Shown: in pieces, positions 7,547 through 13,382 of the stretch | How positions within the stretch are numbered: the stretch's first letter is position 1 | Layout of the letters: every line of letters begins with the position of its first letter | Source of the DNA: Promethearchaeia archaeon | GTDB taxonomy: Archaea; Asgardarchaeota; Lokiarchaeia; Sigyniarchaeales; SOKP01 | Direction of reading: 5' to 3' | DNA: 13,382 nt | Assembly (NCBI GenBank): GCA_029856125.1 | Contig: JAHQWJ010000149.1 | Location: 1 to 13,382 of the forward strand | Made by a program: the position numbers and the translations under genes | Notes under the pieces: model-generated | The model's input: the letters and a program-made list of their open reading frames with translations, nothing else | The model's database searches: none | Told to the model about the DNA's origin: nothing

Positions 7547-8980
7547 ATGAATGAAGAAATAGAAGAGATTTTAACAATAATAGCTGAAAAAGCACAATTA
7601 GCTGAAGGTATTGAAGGTGTGCGATCAGTTCTATTAATAATGTATCGCTTTCCTTCTCTAAAAAACAAAAAAGTTTCCCAAAAAACAGGAATTGCTATAC
7701 CTGCTTTAGCAGCTGTTAGAGGAGAATTAGTAAAAGCAGGAATTATAGAAAAGAAAAATTATCTCGGTGAAAAAGGTAGAACTTGGATTAGAGAAAACTT
7801 GAAATTAAAGTTTGAGTATGATCCTCTTCCAGATAATTTTAATGTGTCTTTATCTGATATTCCAAAAGATTTTGCTTCCATTAGTAAAATAGAAAAAATC
7901 TTAGAAAATCGCCCTGAACCCGATTTTGCTTTAGATCAATCGCATGCCATTCCTTCAACGGTAATAAATCGTGCTCTGTATTTATTAAGAAAAGGAGATA
8001 TTGAGGGCAGAAAAATACTATTCCTTGGCGATGATGACGCTACATCTTTAACTGTTGGTTTATTTAACTTAGCTGAAGAAATAACGGTGATAGATATTGA
8101 TCCTAATGTTATTAAATTTCTTTCTGAGAGTGCTAATACTCTATCTATAAAAAATTATAATGTATTAATACACGATCTTAGAGAACCTTCTCCTGTAAAT
8201 GTCCTAAACAAGTATGACATTGTCATAATGGATCCCCCTTATACTAATGAAGGTCTGCGGTTATTTCTAAAAAGAGCTAAGCAAATTTTGAAAACTAGCA
8301 TAATAATCGAAGGAGAGGCACATAAAGTTTTAGGGAAAAAATGTCTCTTATGTTTTGGAAATAAACCTCCCAAAGAAACACAACTCATTCAATTTTCTAT
8401 TTTAGATCATGGATTCATAATAAAAGAAATGATTCCATATTTCAATCTTTATAAAGGAGCGAGTATATTGGGCCAGTTTAGTCACCTTTATTATTTAGAA
8501 TTGGCTGAAATTCAAAATGTAGAAGAAAAATTAAGTTTAAATGTACTCCCTATTTATACTGCTGAACTAAAAGGAAGAAAGGCGAATCCCTACCGTCCCA
8601 TTGGATATCACTTTGTTGGAGAAATGCGTTTTTCAGAGCAGAACTTCCTTTTAGAAAATGAAAAAATCCAAAAAATCTTTCTAGACTCGCTAACTTACGC
8701 AGATTTAATTACTTACGACATTTTTCATCATAATTACCAACCATATGGATATAGTGCTGTTGCTATGCTTAAAACAAGTCATGCAGCAATTCACACCTGG
8801 CCAGAGCATGGATATATTAGTATTGATATATTTATTTGTGACGAGTTTTCTAAAGGAGTAGAAGTCCTAAAATTTTTGAGAAATCATTTTAAACCTGAAA
8901 AATATGAGTTTCTTTATATGGAACGAGGGAAGGGCTCTACGATCAAATATGAGCCGCTTGATTTAGATAACAAGAAATAG
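7547..8980 (+). CDS. bpsA: Branched-chain polyamine synthase (BpsA-like aminopropyltransferase) fused to a C-terminal pyruvoyl-dependent AdoMet decarboxylase (SpeD-like) domain
   Basis: BpsA/DUF43 motifs RPEPDFALDQ, GDIEGRKILFLGDDDATS, DID, HDLREP and DPPYT. The C-terminal ~120 aa carry GYH...QPYGYSAVAMLKTSHAAIHTWPEHGYISIDIFIC...RG of class I AdoMetDC. Confidence 0.85.
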   Translation: MNEEIEEILTIIAEKAQLAEGIEGVRSVLLIMYRFPSLKNKKVSQKTGIAIPALAAVRGELVKAGIIEKKNYLGEKGRTWIRENLKLKFEYDPLPDNFNVSLSDIPKDFASISKIEKILENRPEPDFALDQSHAIPSTVINRALYLLRKGDIEGRKILFLGDDDATSLTVGLFNLAEEITVIDIDPNVIKFLSESANTLSIKNYNVLIHDLREPSPVNVLNKYDIVIMDPPYTNEGLRLFLKRAKQILKTSIIIEGEAHKVLGKKCLLCFGNKPPKETQLIQFSILDHGFIIKEMIPYFNLYKGASILGQFSHLYYLELAEIQNVEEKLSLNVLPIYTAELKGRKANPYRPIGYHFVGEMRFSEQNFLLENEKIQKIFLDSLTYADLITYDIFHHNYQPYGYSAVAMLKTSHAAIHTWPEHGYISIDIFICDEFSKGVEVLKFLRNHFKPEKYEFLYMERGKGSTIKYEPLDLDNKK

Positions 8981-9057
8981 CATTATTATAAATCATTATA
9001 TAAATATTTTTTAATACAGATTATTATATTATACAAGAGCTATGCGAGGCACCAACC

Positions 9058-9702
9058 ATGGAAGAAAATAAATTAACAGAATTAAGTGACCTTAAAGAAA
9101 TTGCAATAGGAAAAATAAAATCGGCATACAATCGCTCGATTGATGCTGAAGCGACACATTCAGTTCTCTGGGATATCACTGAAAAAAAAAGAAATATGTT
9201 GCTTAAGTTTGCTTTATTAATTAGCATTTTAATTATAATATTTGCTTATTTACCGTTTCTTTTTGGCGAAGTAGTAATAATATGGGTTTTTAGTTTAATT
9301 GCTGAAATTTTAGCTTTTGTAATAGCTGGAGTAGCAATATATGGAATTTTTCTTGCCAATTATTCGAAAGCTCATAAACAGCTTATTCACGCCTCTATTC
9401 TTTTACGAAGGCAGAGTCTGGATTTTCTCCAATATAAATTAGATAATTTAGATAAAAAATCATATATTGAAGAATTGAAGTCCTTAGAAGTAAATGATAA
9501 GAACCTAAAAGAAAAAACTCAGCTACATACTGAAAAAATCTCAACTCAAGTAATAATGAGAATTACTTACAATATTGAAGAACTTGAAAGAGCGGGGTTT
9601 AAAAAACATGTTATAACTCAACAAGCAATAGATTCTGCCAATGAAAAATTAGAGAAATTTAATGCGTTGAGAACTTGCGAAGCGTGGCTTAAATTTGATT
9701 AA
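9058..9702 (+). CDS. Two-TM membrane protein, SLATT-like architecture
   Basis: Helical N-terminus, two closely spaced hydrophobic helices, then YSKAH...L and a charged helical tail. gagg RBS upstream. The ORF is solid; the family assignment is tentative. Confidence 0.6.
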   Translation: MEENKLTELSDLKEIAIGKIKSAYNRSIDAEATHSVLWDITEKKRNMLLKFALLISILIIIFAYLPFLFGEVVIIWVFSLIAEILAFVIAGVAIYGIFLANYSKAHKQLIHASILLRRQSLDFLQYKLDNLDKKSYIEELKSLEVNDKNLKEKTQLHTEKISTQVIMRITYNIEELERAGFKKHVITQQAIDSANEKLEKFNALRTCEAWLKFD

Positions 9703-9707
9703 AAGCC

Positions 9708-9715
9708 TTTTTTTT
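9708..9715 (+). terminator. Oligo-T (T8) terminator
   Basis: T8 starts 6 nt after the stop codon at 9702. Confidence 0.5.
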
Positions 9716-9828
9716 GTTTAAGCAGTAAACGCCGTTAACAAAATTGTCTAAAATTTTTATATGTTCTATCAACACAAATTATTCTCTATATCAATCGCTT
9801 TTATATAATTTGAAAACAAATAAGTATT

Positions 9829-9950
9829 GAAGGTAGTAGAAATTCGAGCTAACATTGGATTTCGCCCTCTATTAAACTCAAGTATGAGTTTAATTCTCTC
9901 TTAACCTAAAATACTTCGGCTCGAATTGGAGCTCCTTTTCCTACTTTTTC
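9829..9950 (+). ncRNA. Candidate structured small RNA (strand uncertain)
   Basis: Nested inverted repeats: gaaggtag/ctactttt, aattcgagc (9841-9849)/gctcgaatt (9919-9927), attaaactca (9871-9880)/tgagtttaat (9885-9894). TATA-like ttttatata at 9799-9807 and a T-tract at the 3' end. Confidence 0.35.
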
Positions 9951-10170
9951 ATAGATTCAATTTTTTGATTGAAGATATAATCTCAAGTTTAAGGATCGGT
10001 TTGCTTAATCACCCTCTTCCTATATTATGTTTAATTCTTGTTAGATCTTCACGAAAGAATATAATTAATTATAACAAAAATTTTTATAGAAATTATTTGA
10101 TAATTATATTGTTAGATTTCTACATAAAAGTAGAAAATGATCAAAAATAAACTGAATCCAGAAAGACAAA

Positions 10171-11592
10171 ATGAAAAATTCAACTGTAAGGCTTACATTT
10201 TTAGGTGGCGTGAATGAAGTAGGAGGAAATCAAATCCTTTTAGAAGATTTCACCTACGATGTAAAAATCTTTTTAGATTTTGGAATTAATATTAAGAATT
10301 TCAATGAACACTTCGAAAGGTACGAAGAACCATCTTCAGTTAAGGAATTAATAAAGTTAGGTTTGTTACCTAATGCAGAACACCTTTCAATTGAAAACTT
10401 ATATACTAATTACGAAGCTAGTAAGAACCAGGAATATATTGATTTGGAATCAAATGTAGATGGGGTTCTTATCACGCACCCACATAAAGACCATTTTTTT
10501 GGTCTATCATTTATTAACAGAAAAATCCCCATTTATACCGGTGTTTTTACAAAAAAAATTATTTCTGCTTATTCTAAATGTTCAAAGTTTTCGATCAGCA
10601 ATAATTACAGGGGATTAGAATGGAATCTATTTCGTACTGGAGATGTTCTCAATATTAAAGGGTTAAAAATAATTCCCGTGCATGTAGATCATTCAATTCC
10701 AGCCGCTTATGGTTTTATTATTAAAACTTCTGGAGGTATTGTTGTTTACACGGGAGATTTTCGTATGCATGGACCTTTATCTGCTATGACTCAAGATTTT
10801 TTGAAAGAAATAACAAATAAAGATTTTGATAAAATTGATATCTTAATCTGTGAAGGTACACATATTCATAGGGGTGCAATCGAGTCCGAAAGTAACGTAG
10901 AGAAAAATATTGAACAACTCTTCCTTGAAAATCCTTATGATTTTTTTTTAGTAAAATATGGGCGTTTAGATTGGGATCGATTCAGGACTTTTTCTTTAAT
11001 TGCAAAGAAGTATGGCTGGAAATTTATCATTACCGAAAAGGATGCCTATTTCTATTATCTTCTGAATAAAGATAAAATCTACGAAAGTATGAAAAATCCA
11101 AATATAATTGATGACGATCACATATTAATATTATCTCAGGGTAATGCAAAGTACAGTTGGCAAGAAAAAATAAGACAAGCGCTCCATAAGATAAAGAAAG
11201 GTTCCCGGTTTATAACTTATAATGAAATTAAAGAGTTAGAACGTCAATTTCTCTTTTATATTACATCTGTCCCAAGAGATATTATTAAAAAAATAAATCC
11301 GAATCTTAAGGGTGCTTTTATATCATCTAGCATAGATCCTTACACGGAAGAATATATTGATAATAATAGAACATTAACCCGCTATTTCCGTCAACAAGGC
11401 ATTCCTTCTTTCAAAGTACATGCGTCTGGACACGCGATGCCACATCATTTAATAAACTTTATCAATTTGGTCAATCCTGTAAATTTAATCCCCGTTCACA
11501 CCGAACATCCCCATTTTTTTAAAACATTTTTCAAAAATTCTGATATTGAAGTAATAGTTCTTAATAAAAACGATAAATTTAATTTGAATTGA
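10171..11592 (+). CDS. Metallo-beta-lactamase beta-CASP hydrolase, RNase J-like
   Basis: GGVNEVGGN, LDFG, THPHKDH (HxHxDH), VDHS, YTGDFR, EGT, HASGHA and PVHTEH motifs. Confidence 0.88.
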   Translation: MKNSTVRLTFLGGVNEVGGNQILLEDFTYDVKIFLDFGINIKNFNEHFERYEEPSSVKELIKLGLLPNAEHLSIENLYTNYEASKNQEYIDLESNVDGVLITHPHKDHFFGLSFINRKIPIYTGVFTKKIISAYSKCSKFSISNNYRGLEWNLFRTGDVLNIKGLKIIPVHVDHSIPAAYGFIIKTSGGIVVYTGDFRMHGPLSAMTQDFLKEITNKDFDKIDILICEGTHIHRGAIESESNVEKNIEQLFLENPYDFFLVKYGRLDWDRFRTFSLIAKKYGWKFIITEKDAYFYYLLNKDKIYESMKNPNIIDDDHILILSQGNAKYSWQEKIRQALHKIKKGSRFITYNEIKELERQFLFYITSVPRDIIKKINPNLKGAFISSSIDPYTEEYIDNNRTLTRYFRQQGIPSFKVHASGHAMPHHLINFINLVNPVNLIPVHTEHPHFFKTFFKNSDIEVIVLNKNDKFNLN

Positions 11593-11628
11593 AATCAGAT
11601 ATAGTAAATAGTTTTGGTGTTTCTCAAA

Positions 11629-11763
11629 TTGAAAATAAGATGCTATAAATGCGGAATGATTCGTTCAAGCAAAGATCTCGTAAAGATAGAAAGCGGAGAT
11701 TACATTTGCTTTGCCTGTTGGAATAGAGAGTTAACTGATAAAGAAAATTCACTGCAAAAATAA
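11629..11763 (+). CDS. Small zinc-finger protein, 44 aa (not in the ORF track)
   Basis: TTG start 9 nt after GGTG. Translates as MKIRCYKCGMIRSSKDLVKIESGDYICFACWNRELTDKENSLQK, with CxxC-x18-CxxC. Confidence 0.7.
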   Translation: MKIRCYKCGMIRSSKDLVKIESGDYICFACWNRELTDKENSLQK

Positions 11764-11798
11764 CTAGTTAACTGATAAGAATCTTTAAACTCATTTTA

Positions 11799-12014
11799 TC
11801 AATACGAAAGTAGATAAGTATATCTCGTGAGGTTAAATTTTTTAAGCTTAATCTCATTCTGAGTTTCTGAGCCTTGAGGTATTATTGGCATTTTAATTAC
11901 CCAATCGTAATCTTCTAAATACAAATTATTATAAAAGACATTCGTGTACTTGCACCAATCTAAAAACATACTTATTGATACACTCTCGTTTTTAAGAGAT
12001 GGGACTACCGACAT
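11799..12014 (-). CDS. Hypothetical small protein, 71 aa
   Basis: ATG preceded by gaggtttttt; no competing ORF; no recognisable motif. Confidence 0.5.
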   Translation of the reverse strand: MSVVPSLKNESVSISMFLDWCKYTNVFYNNLYLEDYDWVIKMPIIPQGSETQNEIKLKKFNLTRYTYLLSY

Positions 12015-12286
12015 AAAAAACCTCGTTATATTTATTATTAATTGAATAACCTTATGTTGTGAAACTTGTTTCGCCTAGTTTATATAGGATATACTCTTAA
12101 TCAGCTTTACCTGTTGAAGGAAATAGCGTAATTGGAAATCCTTGATATTTACAGCAACCATCATAATATTAAAAAATGACATATTTATATGTTTCGATGT
12201 TTTGTTCAAATGAATAATTAATCAAAATATTAATATGACTTGTCTTCTCTTTATTAAAACAAACAGTCGAAAATCTGATGAAATAA

Positions 12287-13382
12287 ATGAGTTATGGTTT
12301 TTTTAGTAAAGTATTATGGGTTGACTTAACAAACGATGATTTTAGGGAGGAGGAAGTACCTGAAAAGATATATCGTCAATTCATGGGTGGATACGGTTTA
12401 GGATGTAGATTATTATATGAAAGAATGCTCTCACACATTAAACCCTTGAGTCCTGAATCTATAATTGGATTTTTCCCAGGGTTATTAACGAGCACTGTAG
12501 CTCCTTATTCAGGCAGATATATGGTTGTGGGTAAGTCACCACTTACAGGAACTTGGGGTGACGCAAATAGTGGTGGAACTTTTGGACCTGCGCTTAAAGC
12601 TTGTGGCTACGATGGAATTTTAGTCGTAGGGAAATCTAAAAAACCTAAGTATCTCTCTATTATAGACAATACAACTAAACTATTAGACGCTTCAGATATT
12701 TGGGGAAAAGATATTATAGAAACCGAGAAAATTCTAAAAAAAAGGCACGGTAACTCAATTAAAACCGCTGGTATTGGACAAGCAGGAGAAAAATTATCAA
12801 AAATATCTGGAATCGCAAATGACAAAGGAAGAATTGCTGCCCGTTCCGGTTTAGGAGCAATAATGGGTTCTAAAAATCTCAAAGCGATAGTTCTTAATGG
12901 TAATAAGAAAGTTGAGATCTTTAATCGCGAAAAATTTTATGATTTGATAAAAGAACATAATAAAACAGTCAAGATCAAACCTTTAAACTCAATAAAAAAG
13001 TCGTTTCTAGGTAAAATGTTTGGAATGGTAAAATCTATGCGCAGACTTAAAATTGGAATGATTAGTGCGCCAGATCTTATGCGAACAATTTATCGTAATT
13101 ATGGGACTAGTATTGGAAATACAATTAGTGCAGAGACTGGCGATTCTCCCATTAAAAATTGGTCAGGAATAGGAATGTACGATTTCCCTTACGAAAAATC
13201 AGTCAATTTATCATCAAATAATATTAACAAGTATAAAGTAAAAGAATACGGATGTTTTAGTTGTCCTGTTCAATGTGGAGCAATTCTGAAAATCCCTGAG
13301 TTAAATATTGAAGAAATGCACATTCCTGAATACGAAACTTGTTGTGCATTCGGTTCTCTTTTGCTTAACGACGATTTATTCT
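12287..13382 (+). CDS. aor: Aldehyde:ferredoxin oxidoreductase family (tungstopterin) enzyme, 3'-truncated by the window edge
   Basis: Not in the ORF track because it has no stop in the window. MSYGFFSKVLWVDLT...FMGGYGLG...KSPLTGTWGDANSGGTFGPALKACGYDGI...IGQAGE...GRIAARSGLGAIMGSKNLKAI...GCFSCPVQCG...PEYET. Confidence 0.92.
   Translation, partial: MSYGFFSKVLWVDLTNDDFREEEVPEKIYRQFMGGYGLGCRLLYERMLSHIKPLSPESIIGFFPGLLTSTVAPYSGRYMVVGKSPLTGTWGDANSGGTFGPALKACGYDGILVVGKSKKPKYLSIIDNTTKLLDASDIWGKDIIETEKILKKRHGNSIKTAGIGQAGEKLSKISGIANDKGRIAARSGLGAIMGSKNLKAIVLNGNKKVEIFNREKFYDLIKEHNKTVKIKPLNSIKKSFLGKMFGMVKSMRRLKIGMISAPDLMRTIYRNYGTSIGNTISAETGDSPIKNWSGIGMYDFPYEKSVNLSSNNINKYKVKEYGCFSCPVQCGAILKIPELNIEEMHIPEYETCCAFGSLLLNDDLF

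Noticed and set aside
9024-9227. 67-aa minus-strand ORF
   Set aside because: Antisense to the 214-aa membrane protein gene.
9829-9950. Second BHB motif or known riboswitch in the intergenic hairpin
   Set aside because: I could not form a 4-bp central helix with two 3-nt bulges on either strand, and found no TPP, fluoride or Moco consensus.
9926-10150. 74-aa plus-strand ORF
   Set aside because: TTG start inside a hairpin, no RBS, and a composition typical of translated AT-rich intergenic DNA.
11730-11778. 12-nt direct repeat gttaactgataa
   Set aside because: Only two short copies, not CRISPR-like; at most a small local duplication.
12024-12051. cgttatat...ataac resembling a ModE-type box near aor
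   Set aside because: Only one half-site matches well, spacing is off, it lies more than 230 nt from aor, and it is AT-rich enough to be chance.
12101-12164. C/D box sRNA (AUGAUGG...CUGA on the minus strand)
   Set aside because: Box C is imperfect, there are no clear C'/D' boxes and no recognisable guide complementarity.
12607-12882. 91-aa minus-strand ORF
   Set aside because: Antisense shadow of aor.

Overview
AT-rich archaeal-type window. An Asgard/Lokiarchaeia-like origin is my inference from gene content (BpsA, AOR, archaeal beta-CASP), GGTG/GAGG ribosome-binding motifs, TATA boxes and oligo-T tracts. Left to right: (1) the 3' part of a membrane-anchored surface protein with ~129-aa repeats; (2) a minus-strand operon padR -> BtrH_N/DUF4872-like peptidase -> DUF3795 Cys-rich protein -> SAM methyltransferase -> class II UvrA-like ATPase; (3) a divergent ICMT/PEMT-family methyltransferase, with tandem palindromic operators in the intergenic region; (4) a BpsA-SpeD fusion; (5) a 2-TM SLATT-like protein; (6) a candidate structured ncRNA; (7) an RNase J-like beta-CASP hydrolase; (8) small ORFs, including a 44-aa Zn finger; (9) the 5' part of an aldehyde:ferredoxin oxidoreductase gene. 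The key observation is that the apparently broken uvrA-like gene carries a 31-nt insertion (3272-3302) folding into a canonical bulge-helix-bulge motif. Cutting at the standard tRNA-splicing-endonuclease positions restores the frame and the conserved FSFNEPSGMCLACKGRG zinc motif, so this is a candidate spliced mRNA intron in an archaeal protein-coding gene.
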